Assembly: GCA_964035575.1 (NCBI GenBank) | Contig: OZ037833.1 | Location: 744,001-808,000, forward strand | DNA length: 64,000 bases | Source of the DNA: Rhynchopus sp. YZ270_cl-10 | Taxonomy: Eukaryota | Reading direction: 5' to 3' | Part shown: one piece after another, positions 44,363 through 57,200 of the stretch | Layout: the number at the start of each line of letters is the position of its first letter | Numbering within the stretch: position 1 is the stretch's first letter | Translations under genes and position numbers: made by a program | The notes under the pieces: generated by a model | The model's input: the letters and a program-made list of their open reading frames with translations, nothing else | What the model was told of the DNA's origin: nothing | The model's database searches: none

Positions 44363-46468
44363 TCAGTACCGCATGCTGCGGCGCTTCTCTTTCTCTTTCC
44401 TTGGCGAGGGGGAGGGCGTCGTCGCTAAGATCCGTCGTGTGTTCTTGGGGGTGGCACGGTCACGTTCGTCCCGCTCCGCTCTCTTCCCCCTGTTCAGCTG
44501 CTTGGGTGGCGTCAAGCCCATGCGGAGGCGGCGTTCTTCTGCGTGGAGGACGTCCCTCGCACGTTTCAGCTGGCGTTCCTCCTCCTGGCGCACCAGTGCT
44601 GCCGCTGTCGCGAGATCCATCTCCTCCTCTCGCTCTGTTTCCCGCTTTTTTTTTAAAAAAGCCTCGTAAGAGGCTTCGGCCTCTTGCAGCACTGCCTCCG
44701 TCGCCAGCCGTTTCGCTTCTGCTGAGGCGAATGCGTTCCTCCTCTTCTCCTCGGCCAACTCCTCCTGGCGTGTCTTCTTCAGGATTTCGTTATACTCCTG
44801 CCACTGTGCTTCTTCGCGTGCCTTCGCTTCTGCCCTCTCCGCCTCTGCAGTGTCGAATTCACGGCGGCGGTCCGTCTCTTCCTGCCGCCTCTGTGCCTGC
44901 AGCCGTTCTTCTGCTTCTTCTCTCTGTTCGCGTTGCTGTTGTTGTTGCCTCTGCTGTTGTTGCTGCCGCTGCTGCTGTTGCTGCCGCTGCTGCTGTTGTT
45001 GCCGCTGCTGCTGTTGTTGCTGCTGTTGCTTCCGCTCCTGCGTTTGCGTGGGTTCCTTCTTCGCCTTCGTCTCCTTCTTCGGCGGTGCCGTCACCTTCAC
45101 CTCCTCATCGATTTGCATCTCGCCTTCTCCTTCTTCTTCTTCTTCTTCTTCTTCTTCTTCCGGTTCGGTGCGTCGCTGTTGTACCTTTAGGTCGCGCATC
45201 TCCGTCATCAGCTGGTCCAGCTGGCTCGCCATGCGTTGCAGCGTCTGCTGCATCTCGTCCTTCTCTGCCCGCAGTGCACCTTCTCTCTCCTTCGACTCCA
45301 GGAGTTCCCGACGCATCTTCTCCACCTCGGCGTCCTGTGCGGGGTCTGCCACGTAGGGCTTGGGCACGTAGTCCTGCTGTGCCGCCCTTCCTTCCTCTTT
45401 TCCTTTTCCTTTTTTATTTGCGGCGTCAAACAGCCACCCTTCTTTGGTACGGTCGTACCGACGGAAGGTCAGCACGTCCTCCCCCACCACTACCGGCTTC
45501 AGCGTCCCCGGCGGTGCGCCCCGGACGAGAAGCACCCTGTGCGTGCCGTGCTTGCCGGTCCTCACCAACTCCGGCTCCCACGCGTGCTGCTCGCTCAGGA
45601 TTGCCCGCACTCCGTTCTTCGACAGCGAGAGAGGCAGCCCGTCCACCACCCACATCTCTGCCCAGAGGTTCGTCTTCCCCTGCTCGCCCAACACCTTGCT
45701 GGCCTGCTCCTGTGTGGTGCCTTCCGGAACCGCGACGCCGAGTCCGCCCCGCGACAGCAGCACCACTCGCCCGCTCAGCTCGGTGGCCTGGTTCCGCGCC
45801 GTCTCCAGGTTCACTGTGCTCGGTAGCGGCGTCACCCGGTCGCCACCCCGTCCCGACCCGTTGGTGAAGAACGGCCTGGCGAAGAAGCCGTCATCGCCGC
45901 TTCCTGCCAGCACGTCCTTCACCTGCGCGCCGTCTACTCCAATCTTAAAAGCCGCCGTCTTTGCGGCTGGCTTCCCCTTCTTCGCCTTCAGCTCCACGGC
46001 GGTCTGCACCTCGCCTCCGTGTGCCTTCACCCATGCACATGCTGCGGCACGGGTCACGCTGTTGCGGCTTTCCACCACAACGTATTTGGTTTGGGGCAAT
46101 GCCCCCTGGTGCTGCTTTGCACCCGCCGTCTTGTGCACCGCCTGTACGGTGCTGACTGAGCACAGGAACCGGCGCTCCGTCCTCATCTCCTCCCCCCGCA
46201 CCGTCACGAGGGAGATCAGTGGGGCCGCCAATCCCTGTGGTTTGTCGGCCGGGGCTACGAGTACCCCTGCCGTGTGCTGGTGCTGCGGCTTCTGCAGCGC
46301 TTCCTCCACTTCCTTACGGCTGCACCACAGGATGCCTCCGTTTTTCTTAAAATCAGCCAAGTTGGCTGCGAGTCGGCTGTCAGGAAAGTCCTCAGCCCGG
46401 GGTCTCCACATCGCCCCTGCCACCTCTTCGTCAGCCTTCTTCATCGTCTGCTGTCCAGAGGACCCCAT
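44363..46468 (-). CDS. LINE ORF1 (~701 aa): globular N-terminal half, possibly RRM-like; long coiled-coil with poly-E and (QQQQQR)n tracts
   Basis: Directly upstream of ORF2 with the same codon style; the first ATG inside the element boundary is 46468 (MGSSGQQ). Confidence 0.8.
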   Translation of the reverse strand: MGSSGQQTMKKADEEVAGAMWRPRAEDFPDSRLAANLADFKKNGGILWCSRKEVEEALQKPQHQHTAGVLVAPADKPQGLAAPLISLVTVRGEEMRTERRFLCSVSTVQAVHKTAGAKQHQGALPQTKYVVVESRNSVTRAAACAWVKAHGGEVQTAVELKAKKGKPAAKTAAFKIGVDGAQVKDVLAGSGDDGFFARPFFTNGSGRGGDRVTPLPSTVNLETARNQATELSGRVVLLSRGGLGVAVPEGTTQEQASKVLGEQGKTNLWAEMWVVDGLPLSLSKNGVRAILSEQHAWEPELVRTGKHGTHRVLLVRGAPPGTLKPVVVGEDVLTFRRYDRTKEGWLFDAANKKGKGKEEGRAAQQDYVPKPYVADPAQDAEVEKMRRELLESKEREGALRAEKDEMQQTLQRMASQLDQLMTEMRDLKVQQRRTEPEEEEEEEEEEGEGEMQIDEEVKVTAPPKKETKAKKEPTQTQERKQQQQQQQQRQQQQQRQQQQQRQQQQQRQQQQQREQREEAEERLQAQRRQEETDRRREFDTAEAERAEAKAREEAQWQEYNEILKKTRQEELAEEKRRNAFASAEAKRLATEAVLQEAEASYEAFLKKKRETEREEEMDLATAAALVRQEEERQLKRARDVLHAEERRLRMGLTPPKQLNRGKRAERDERDRATPKNTRRILATTPSPSPRKEKEKRRSMRY

Positions 46469-47388
46469 CGTGGAGGGGGGTGGCTTTTTTGGGGGGAGGG
46501 GGGGAGCAGTTGGGATGTGCTCAGGGTTAATTCTTGATTCACTGTGTCCTCCTGGGGGGGTTTTTTTTTTTTTTTTTGTGATGTGTTCTGAGTAGAAAAG
46601 AGTAGTTGCTAAAAAACACATCTCAGTCGAGCTCATGCAAAGGATACAACGTAGGTGCTCCGTATCGGTAAGAGAACGGAGGAAGAACTAAATGAAAAAA
46701 AAATAGAAAGGACATGTATTGTGCCTCTGAGGTCTTCTTGCAAGGTCAAACACAGTACAGATTCCGATACTTAAAGAGGAAAAGGGAAAGGGGGATATCC
46801 AGAGGACAAAGGGAGGGCTGAAGGAAGGTTCTTTTCTTTGCGTTGATTTCAATGCTAAACAGGGAAGGGGGAGGGGTAACTGGGCACTTACCGTAACCCG
46901 AGGTCACCATCTTTTATGTGGAACACCTGGGAACGGGAGAGGGCTAGAACAAAAAAAGGGAAGGTGCAATCGAAAAAAAAAAAAAACTTTGAAAGAAATG
47001 TGCCCGTACACACATCTAAATTCACTTAATGGACGGGGGGTTTTTTTTATAGTTTTATTCAAAACTTTGACTCTAACAAAAACACCCCCTCCCTCCATCA
47101 ACAAAGGAGACCAAAGGTGTACGGAGCTGAGGGGGGAGAACACATTATTTTGCATACAAAACGATAGTGTTCTGTTTTCTTTTTTTTTTGAGGAGGAGGG
47201 GGAAGGGGGTTAAACTTACAGAAACGTTTTTTTTCTGTGTGACACTCTTCTATTACTATGGTCTTCTAAATTCTGTTTTCGAAAAAGATTCTCGGAATTA
47301 ATCCCCTTAGTCGAGATTTCCCGGTTTCCTTTTCGTATACAGTGGCCAGGTCTCAGTTGCCGACCTTCTGACCTTACGTTTTATATAG

Positions 47389-47460
47389 TTTTTTGATAAA
47401 TTGTTTGGAGTAGTGTAGTTGCCTCTGGTTGTGTTGCCACAGTTTGTGCAAATCTCCACT
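47389..47460 (-). repeat. Short dispersed A-tailed repeat, copy 3
   Basis: See 32992-33071. Confidence 0.85.
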
Positions 47461-48238
47461 GTCAATTTTTAAATGCATTTCTTCACTATTTCTTTCGTGG
47501 TACTGGGGAAGCAAAAAAAAAAAAAAAATCAGTTTCTTGAATAAGATGAACCTACAAGTTTTCAGTCACCTTTCAAAAAAAGGGGGGGTATACAATGTAT
47601 CTGGGGGACTGGGGGACTGGGGGAAGCTCTCGCCCAAGAGAAGAGAACTTGATAACACGAAATGAATTTTTTTTTTATATGGGGCAGGGATAACCTACAC
47701 TTTCAAGCACATCACATAATCGCAGATGCGACAAAAAAAATAAGAAAAGTTTATGAAAGATGATCCCAAGCCTCTCGTGTGCTTAGTCACCTTAAAGTGG
47801 AAGAAGTGCAAAAAATGGTGGTACAGTCGGTACAACATAAAACAAACTTTTTGAGAATAAAAAACCCCCCTTTTTTTTGCTGATATTTTTTGCAAAAAAA
47901 TCTGCACCAATTAGTGCAATGATATTATCTACTCCCTTCCCCCCTCCCCTTCCCCATACCCCAACGATACGACCACGCCTTTATGCACAATAAAAAAGAA
48001 TCAAAATAAAAAAACGAGAAAGTATTTCAACAGATGCATTTCAATGAAACTAACAATGCATGGAGGGATCAACAACAATGTCCCACATCTTTTTTTACCG
48101 AAAAAAAAAAAAAAAAAAAAAATCAAAAAAAAACTTCTCCTTTTCCTCCCCCCTACCAAACGTTGCTGAAAAAAAAATCACTTTTTTTTTCCACCTAATT
48201 TGTAACACACGATTCGCGCCCCTCTCTCTTCTCTCTCA

Positions 48239-51200
48239 TCACATCGCCTTCGCTATGTCAAACACGGCACGATGCCAACGCTGCTTTGGTGTGACAGTTC
48301 TCTTCGCCGCTCTGGTTCTCGACTCCAAAACAACACCTAACTCACAGAGATTGATCAATGAGAGGGTGTCAATCGCAGTACCGATTCTGTCACTCACAGA
48401 GGCCGACTCTATGGCCAAATCCTTTGGGATCAGGTCAAGAATAACCCGCATGTCTTTGCGCGCACAGGCAAGGTGCTCGACCGTTTCATGCACTGCCGCT
48501 TCCACTATATCCCATTGGTCGACACTCATGGCGTAGGTGCCTTCTGTACCACATGCTACAGAGGCCTTGCCACTTCTCTCCCGTTGTAGTGCTTCTTGGA
48601 CAATGCTGTGGAAGGCCGTCCCTGCAGGGACAAAGCGGCGCATCATCGAGCGAGAGGACTCTCCGGTAGGTGATTCGCGTCGGAGCTGACGGCGTTTTTT
48701 GCGATCCATCAGTTCTTTTGCCATGCTTTCGAGTTCCTGCGCGAGGGTCTGGCGGAGTTCTGGTTCTGGCATGTCTGGGGGCTGTGATGCATTGACGATG
48801 GCTTTGCAGAGGCTTGTGTTTTCTTGTTGGAGGCGGTGCACCGCACGCTCCAGATCTTTGCTCCGTTCGTGAATCTGTCCGGGAGGGGATGTCCGGATGG
48901 ATGCGACGATATCATCATTCGTTGCACGCACCTCCTGTCGTAACGCTGCGTGCTCCTGCTCCATTTCTGCGACCCTCCGTTGTGCCTGCGCTACTACCTT
49001 TAACACTGCGGTCTCTGCCTCTTCTAATTCGGTTTCTCTCTCAGCGATGTCCATTAACTGTGCTTCAACACTCACATCAACGTTCTCTGTATCTAATGGA
49101 GGGACAATACGGGGTGCCGACGTCACTGTTGTTTCAACAGAGAAGAGGCGGACGGAGGAGAGGTCCTTCTGCATCTGCAGCTCCGAGCATGCGTCCTCCA
49201 AGGTTGCGAGCTGTTGTGCCGAAGAAAGTAATTCTGTTTCTCGAGCAGCAAGAATGCTTCTATGCCGCATTCTCTCTGCTCCAAGACGTTGCTTTGCACT
49301 CCGATTCGGCAGATCCACACTACTAGAAATTCGAGAAAGCGTTGCAATAGGCGATGTCAGCTCCTCCTCCTCTTCTAACCCCATTATATCCGTTTGTATT
49401 GCAACTCCGACTACATCGGACCTAGGCTTCTCACGCATTGCACGCATAGAATCAGACGGCGCATTAAGTCTTGCATCACGCATCTTCCGGGCCTCCTTCA
49501 CCGCCTGCTCCAATCTGTCTCTCTCCACAGATATAGTGCTGTTTCGTCCTTCCGCCTCGCGGATTTCATCGGCAGAGTTTTGTACACTATGCTGTAGTCT
49601 CGCAATCTGTGAGGTACTGTTATCTTGCTCGCCCTGCAGAGAGGCGATTCTGTGATGCGAGGATTGCAGTGCTTCGCTGCGAAGAGCATGCTGTTGTGCT
49701 GCCTCTGCGTTTAGTGTGGCCATTTGCTCTAATAAAACGGCACGTTCCGCGGAGGCAGAGGAGAGTTCCTTCTGTATCGCAGAGTGTTCCTGAGGAGGGG
49801 CGTTTTCGAGCTTTGCTGTCAGCGTAGTGCAAAGGGCTTGGAGGGTGTCAGCGGAGTGCTGTGCTTCTGAATACTCATGTTGTTCCTTCGCGCAGGCAAC
49901 CCTGGCAGCGTCTTGTAGTCGTGCCAGCGTTTCGTGTTCTTCGAATAATATGGTTTCGTTTGCTCCTTGCTTTTTGATTGTCTCCGACAGCTCTGTTTGG
50001 ACGTCAACCATTTCTTCGTGTAGCGTCGAAATGCTTGTTTGCTCCTCTGTTGCACGAAGAATCACCTTATCGAGGTTGTCTTCTGCTGTGCTGTAGGCAA
50101 TGTGAAGGCGTTCTGTGTCTGCGCGTTGTTCGTAGGTGTCGATCTGTGCACGCAGTGCGTCGCATTCCTTTTCAACAGCGGCAAGGCGGGTGGAGTGCGG
50201 GCAAGAAACAGAATCGCAGGATGGGGTGAAGGATATATCGACCTCTGGAGCAGGCCCGCCCAACTCATGGAGACGCTGCAGGGCGTTGTGTTCGCTAAGC
50301 TTCGCCTCCTCGAGGGCACGTTCTGCAGCAAGCACGTTGCGTCGTGCTTCCTCTACTTGCGCTAGTATGGCCGCATATGTGCCGTCATCTGTAGGTACGG
50401 GAAAGGACTCATCAATTCCTTCAGAACCAAGCGGTTTTGTTTCCGTTGTGGTGATTGGTGTTGTGGTCGCAATGTGCTTCTCAATTCCCGTGGATTCTGT
50501 TGGGAGTGCGTCCTTCGTGAGCTTTTCGATGTCGTAAAGCCCGTTAAGTCGATCTTCTGCACCTCTCAATGCATTTTCTGCAGACAAAACTCTCGCCTTC
50601 GCTGCAGCAATCCTCAACGCCAGCTCCGAATCCGCATCATCTAGGTCGGTTTCGACGTTAACAGATGCTGCCATGGTGTGGTAGCTTTCGAGCAGGCCTT
50701 CTACCTGAACCTGGACTGACTCCATTTCGGCGTCAAATGTAACACATCGCGGGCACGGGGCAGGCACCATCCTCTCTAATGGTGGACACCACGATACGGA
50801 TAAGAGCGCGTCGTCTGATTCGTCTAGAGGAACCTCTGTCGGTGTTGCCCCTGGTGTTGGTGGCTCCACCTGAATTGGAATCACCTCCTCCTCGTCACGT
50901 GGTGTCAACTGTACAACAGAACCGAGCGAATCCTCCGAAACCGATCTGGGCGGTATCTCCACCTCCACCTCCACCTCTCGCAACCCCAGCAGCTCTGCAC
51001 CCCTCACGCTGTTTAGAGTATGCGCCCGTCTGCGTGGTGCAGCCCCTCCTGGTCTGGCTTCTCTCCGCAAAGACGTTTGATGCAAAATTTGAGGAGAAAT
51101 TGTTTGGGTCGCAGTGCTGCACACAGCAATGTGCCGCACGCTGACCCGACGGAGAAGTGCAGAGGAGGAGGACTCTGCAAGACGCGGTGTCTCTCTCTCG

Positions 51201-54200
51201 GCTGGAGGTGCCTCGTCGTCGTCGTCCCCTTCTGAGAGGATTTCCTCCCCGACAGCGTCTGCACAGCGGGCAGCTTCGCTGGTCTTTGCGAGGTTCGCTT
51301 CGACACGGCGGAGGTCCGCCTCTGCGTCCAGCACCTTCTGATATGCGTCACGCAATGAATCATCTGTGGGCATCTCCGGCACCCTCCTCGGCGACAGACT
51401 CGCAATACTCCCCCCCTGAGAATTGCTCGGAATGCGAAGCGGAGGCAACATAGGACGAAGATGTGGCAACCCCGTTGTAAGACACACTGGGGTAATGCTC
51501 AAGGTACACCCACACGCCGCGCACTCCTCCCCAGCAAACGAGCTGTACTCTGAAGCATGTGAGGTCGACAATGAGTCGGGGCTCCCCGGGCACGCCAAGA
51601 AGAGAGAGTTTGTCAGGCGGGAGCGGGGGCTGGGGTGATCGGTTGCGAGGTCGTTCTTTGCGCTCCACGCCACTTCGTGGAGGGTAGGGGGCTGTGTGGT
51701 CGGGTGGGTGTACGACCAGGTGTGTGGTTCCAGGGGCAGATGGTCCAGGGTTTGCACCAGCTTGAGGAGCTCTGCGACACGGTCGCGGAGGATGAGGTTC
51801 TCCACCTTGACCTGGACTTCGGAGGCCGCGTCTTCGGACACTGCTGCGCCGTTCCTGCTTGTAGCGGTGGAGTGCTGCAGTGTGTGCAGTGTGGGGTGCT
51901 CCTTGTCTAGCAGGCCTCGTAAGGCTTCGACCTCGGCTAGCACTTCGTCGTGTAGTGTGCACGGTGTGGTGGTGGTGTGTGTGTGTGGTGCCAGATGTGT
52001 TGTCGGTGTTTCCAGAGGGTCCTCGCTTTCGTGTTCCTGGACAAAGAGCTGTACCGCATCGGTCTGGGTAGAGTTGGTCAGGAGAGGTGGGCTGTCTAGG
52101 TTGGGTTCTTGTGTGTCGTGTTCTGGGTGCTGGTGTGAAGTGGAAGTCGCATGCTCCAGTGCAGTGCTGTGTTCTCTTGGGTCCTCGCTTTCGTGTTCGT
52201 GAACGAAAAGAGTGGCGTCGTCAGTCTGCGTCTCTGTCGCAACGACGTCACTGCCGTGCAGACGTCTTGGGGAATCAATCGCCTCAGCTTGGCGCACAGT
52301 GGACTCCCATGAGGTGCCGTACAACTGTGCAGTGGTGTGTGCATGGGATGTGTCGTGTGTAGGTTCCTGGTTGCCACCCGCATGAGGTTCCTCACTCTCA
52401 AACTCGTGCACTGCAAGGTGCACGTCAGAGCTATCTTCTGCTGTGCGTGGATGGACCATTGCCACATCACTGCCTGCAAGGGTAACGTCCTGCGCAGTAC
52501 GCTGTGTCTGCTTTGAAGAAGAAGTCTCACCCACATCCAGTCGTGCAGTGCTGCGTTCTCTTGGGTCCTCACTTTCAAACTCGTGCACTGCAAGTTCAAC
52601 AGGTTCTCTCTCCTCAACAGTGCGTGGTTGTGCCATCGTCACATCACTGCCTGCAAGGGTCACTTCTTCTGTGCTGCGTTCTGGTTGTTGTTGCACAGCA
52701 GAAGAAGTCTCATTAGCATCCAGTCGTGCAGTGCTGCGTTCTCTTGGGTCTTCACTTTCGTGTTCGTGAACCAAAAGAGTCACATCATCAGTCTGTGTCT
52801 CTGTCTCAGTTAAGTCGGCAGTATGCATGTGCCCTGCTGAACCTAACCCCGACTCATTCAAGACATGGTGCACAGGACGACTCCATTCCTGTTCCTGGAC
52901 GAATAGCGGTGCTGCCACGTCACGTGCCGCACGCACGTTTGCAGCATCAGGAGCCTTTGGATCTTCACTCTCGAACTCATGCACAGAAAGGTCCACAGGT
53001 TGTACATCTTCGACAGTGCGTGGACGTGCCATTGTTGAGTCGCTGCCTGCAAGGGTCGCATCCTGCGAAGTGCGTTGGCTCTGCTGCATCGCTGAGGAAG
53101 CTTCCCTTCCGGCAAGACTGACGCCTCGTGCCTGTTGTTGCAACACAGAAGAAGAAGCCTCACCCACACCCAGTGGTGCAGTGCTGCTCTCCCTCGGATC
53201 TTCACTCTCGTGTTCGTGTACGAATAGAGCAACCTCGTCAGTCTGTCGCTCAGTGGCAGTCACGTCACCCAGTTCACTCATGTGCTGTTGCAAGAAATCG
53301 TGAACAGGACGACTCCACTCGTGTTCCTGAATAAACAGCTGTGTTGGTGTGGATGGTGTCCTCACTCCGTCAGTCGCACGGATGTGTGCAGCATCACCTT
53401 CACGCGGCTCCTCACTCTCAAACTCATGAACAGCAAGGTGCACAGGTTGTGTCTCAGTGCGAGGATGGACCGTGGTTGAATCACTGCCTGCAAGTCTCAC
53501 TTCCTGAGGAGGGTGTTCTCTTTGCTGCTCCGTCACAGAAGGCTCGACATCCAGTTGTGCAGTGCTGCGCTCTCTTGGGTCTTCACTCTCAAACTCGTGA
53601 ACAGCGAGGTCCACATCTCCATCAACAGTGCGCGGGTGTGTCGTCATGGAGCCACTTCCTGCAAGTCTCACTTCTTGTGCAGGGTGACCTCCCTTCTGTC
53701 GCATCGCAGAAGAAGAAGCCTCACCGTCCAGTTGTGCAGTGCTGCGCTCTCTTGGGTCTTCGCTTTCGTGTTCGTGAACCAAAAGAGTGACATCGTCAGT
53801 CTGCGTCTCTGTCGCAACGACGTCACTGCCGTGCAGACGTCTTGGGGAATCAATCGCCTCAGCTTGGCGTACAGTGGACTCCCATGAGGTGCCGTACAAC
53901 TGTGCAGTGGTGTGTGCATGGGATGTGTCGTGTGTGCGTTCCTGGTTGCCACCCGCATGAGGTTCCTCACTTTCAAACTCGTGCACTGCAAGTTCAACAG
54001 GTTCTCTCTCCTCAACAGTGCGTGGTTGTGCCATCGTCACATCACTGCCTGCAAGGGTCACTTCTTCTGTGCTGCGTTCTGGTTGTTGTTGCACAGCAGA
54101 AGAAGAAGAAGTCTCACCCACATCCAGTCGTGCAGTGCTGCGTTCTCTTGGGTCTTCACTTTCGTGTTTGTGAGCTAAAAGAGTAACGTCATCAGTCTGT

Positions 54201-57200
54201 GTCTGAACGCATGTCGCAACACCCTTGACACGCCCGCTGTGCAAAGCATGTGACACACCTGTAGCAGTCAAGTCTGCTGCTTCGCTGTCTTCCGACACAG
54301 ACTCAGGCTTGCAAAGATCACCCAGTCGTTGTTCGGCCTTGCGAAGCGAGTCTTCTGCAGACACAACTCTCGCACGTGCTGCAGCAATGCGCTCTTCAAT
54401 GCTCCCATCAGTGTCGTCAAGGTCGTCAACGGAGCAGCCTTCCTTCTGTGACACCGTGCACTCCACCACGTGCAGGGCACGGCGCTGTACATGTGTGTCG
54501 CTGTTTGTCGCATCTTGGCGTGGTTCCTCAGTGTCCAATCCCTGCGTTTGCTGTAGCCCCGCCTCACTCACGTCCAGTCCTGTAGTACTACCCCCTCTTG
54601 GATCCTCGCTCGCTGGGTCTCTTGGGTCTTCACTTGCTAACTCATGCACAGCAAGGTGCACATGCTGGCTCTCCTCAACAGTGCGTGGGTGTGCCATGAC
54701 AGAGTCGCTGCCTGCAAGGATGACGTCTTGCGACGTACCTTGGGTTTGTCCTTGAGTTGAAGATGAAGCCCCGTTCAGATCCAGTCGTGCAGTGCTGCTC
54801 TCTCTTGGGTCTTCGCTTTCGTGTTCGTGAACCAAAAGCGTCACTTCATCGGTCTGCGTCTCGACATTAGTTGCTTCGCTCGTTTGAAGCTGCACCACGC
54901 CATCATACTCTGGAGACTGCAAGACGTGATGTGCAGGACGGCTGCACTGCTGTTCCTGTACAAAGAGATGTGTCGGCGTGGACGGCGAGGGCGACACTAG
55001 CCCAGTGTCACCGAGCTGTGCAGTGCGCGCTCTTGGATCCTCACTCTCAAACTCATGAACAGCAAGTTCAACAGGTTGTGCTTCTTCAACGTTAAGCGGA
55101 TGAACCGTGGTAGAGTCACTGCCTGCAAGGGTAACGTCCTGCGCAGTACGCTGTGTCTGCTTTGAAGAAGAAGTCTCACCCACATCCAGTCGTGCAGTGC
55201 TGCGTTCTCTTGGGTCCTCACTTTCAAACTCGTGCACTGCAAGTTCAACAGGTTCTCTCTCCTCAACAGTGCGTGGTTGTGCCATCGTCACATCACTGCC
55301 TGCAAGGGTCACTTCTTCTGTGCTGCGTTCTGGTTGTTGTTGCACAGAAGAAGAAGTCTCATTAGCATCCAGTCGTGCAGTGCTGCGTTCTCTTGCGTCT
55401 TCACTTTCGTGTTCGTGAACCAAAAGAGTCACATCATCAGTCTGTGTCTCTGTCTCAGTTAAGTCGGCAGTATGCATGTGCCCTGCTGAACCTAACCCCG
55501 ACTCATTCAAGACATGATGCACAGGACGACTCCAGTCCTGTTCCTGGACGAATAGCGGTGCTGCCACGTCACGTGCCGCACGCACGTTTGCAGCATCAGG
55601 AGCCTTTGGATCTTCACTCTCGAACTCATGCACAGAAAGGTCCACAGGTTGTGCATCTTCGACAGTGCGTGGACGAACCATCGTCGAGTCACTGCCTGCA
55701 AGGGTCACCTCTTGTGAGCGAGTTTCCGTCTGCGAAGAAGAAGCCTCACCCACACCCAGTGGTGCAGTGCTGCTCTCCCTCGGATCTTCACTCTCGTGTT
55801 CGTGTACGAATAGAGCAACCTCGTCAGTCTGTCGCTCAGTGGCAGTCACGTCACCCAGTTCACTCATGTGCTGTTGCAAGAACTCGTGAACAGGACGACT
55901 CCACTCGTGTTCCTGAATAAACAGCTGTGTTGGTGTGGATGGTGTCCTCACTCCGTCAGTCGCACGGATGTGTGCAGCATCACCTTCACGCGGCTCCTCA
56001 CTCTCAAACTCATGAACAGCAAGGTGCACAGGTTGTACCTCAGTGCGAGGATGGACCATGGTTGAATCACTGCCTGCAAGTCTCACTTCCTGAGGAGGGT
56101 GTTCTCTTTGCTGCTCCGTCACAGAAGGCTCAACATCCAGTTGTGCAGTGCTGCGTTCTCTTGGGTCTTCACTCTCAAACTCGTGAACAGCGAGGTCCAC
56201 AGGCTGTGCCTCCACAACAGTACGTGGTTGTGCCATCATCGAATCACTCCCTGCTAGGGACACCTTTTGCGCGCGAAGTCCTCTTTGCGAAGAAGCCTCA
56301 CCCACACCCAGCAGCGCGTTGTCGCCTTCTCTTGGGTCTTCACTTTCGTGTTCGTGAGCCAAAGGTGTCACTACGTCAATATGCTGAGACTGCACAGGAC
56401 GGCTCCACTCATACTGCTGAACGAACAGCTGCGTTGTCGTGGATGGTGTTGCCAATCGCTCGGTGTCATGCATGTCGGCAAGGTTACGTTCACGCGGCTC
56501 CTCACTTTCAAACTCATGAACAGCAAGGTGCACAGGTTGCACCTCCTCGGCAGTGCGCAGACGTACTAGTTTAGAGTCACTTCCTTCGAGGCGGACTTCT
56601 TCTGGTCGTTGTTGCACAGCAGAAGAAGTCTCATTAGCATCCAGTGGTGCAGTGCTGCGTTCTCTTGGGTCTTCACTTTCGTGTTCGTGAACCAAAAGAG
56701 TGACGTCGTCAGTCTGCGTCTGAACGCATGTCGCAACACCCTTGACACGCCCACTGTGCAAAGCATGCGACACACCAGCAGCAGTCAAGTCTGCTGCTTC
56801 GCTGTCTTCCGACACAGACTCAGGCTTGCAAAGATCACCCAGTCGTTGTTCGGCCTTGCGAAGCGAGTCTTCTGCAGACACAACTCTCGCACGTGCTGCA
56901 GCAATGCGCTCTTCAATGCTCCCATCAGTGTCGTCAAGGTCGTCAACGGAGCAGCCTTCCTTCTGTGACACCGTGCACTCCACCACGTGCAGGGCACTGC
57001 GCTGTGCGTCGCTGCTTGTCGCATGGTGGCGTGGTTCCTCACTCTCAAACTCGTGCACTGCAAGGTGCACGTCAGATCTATCTTCTGCTGTGCGTGGATG
57101 GACCATTGCCACATCACTGCCTGCAAGGGTAACGTCCTGCGCAGTACGCTGTGTCTGCTTTGAAGAAGAAGTCTCACCCACATCCAGTCGTGCAGTGCTG

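Larger units (their letters stand above)
40216..46560 (-). mobile_element. Apparently full-length non-LTR retrotransposon (LINE; I/Ingi-group-like APE-RT-RNase H)
   Basis: Two long ORFs; very short 3' UTR with AATAAA (40242-40237) and an A14 tail (40229-40216). The 5' end abuts an A17 run, so the TSD is probably A-rich and is not precisely definable. Confidence 0.93.

Noticed and set aside
44209..46595. Plus-strand 552-aa and 383-aa ORFs over LINE ORF1
   Set aside because: Low-complexity antisense frames of a GC-rich coding region.
46469..46636. ORF1 start at 46636, and an Ingi/L1Tc-type 5' signature or HDV-like ribozyme
   Set aside because: 46636 lies outside the element boundary, beyond the A17 run; I could not fit the 77-79-nt signature or an HDV fold to the 5' end by eye.
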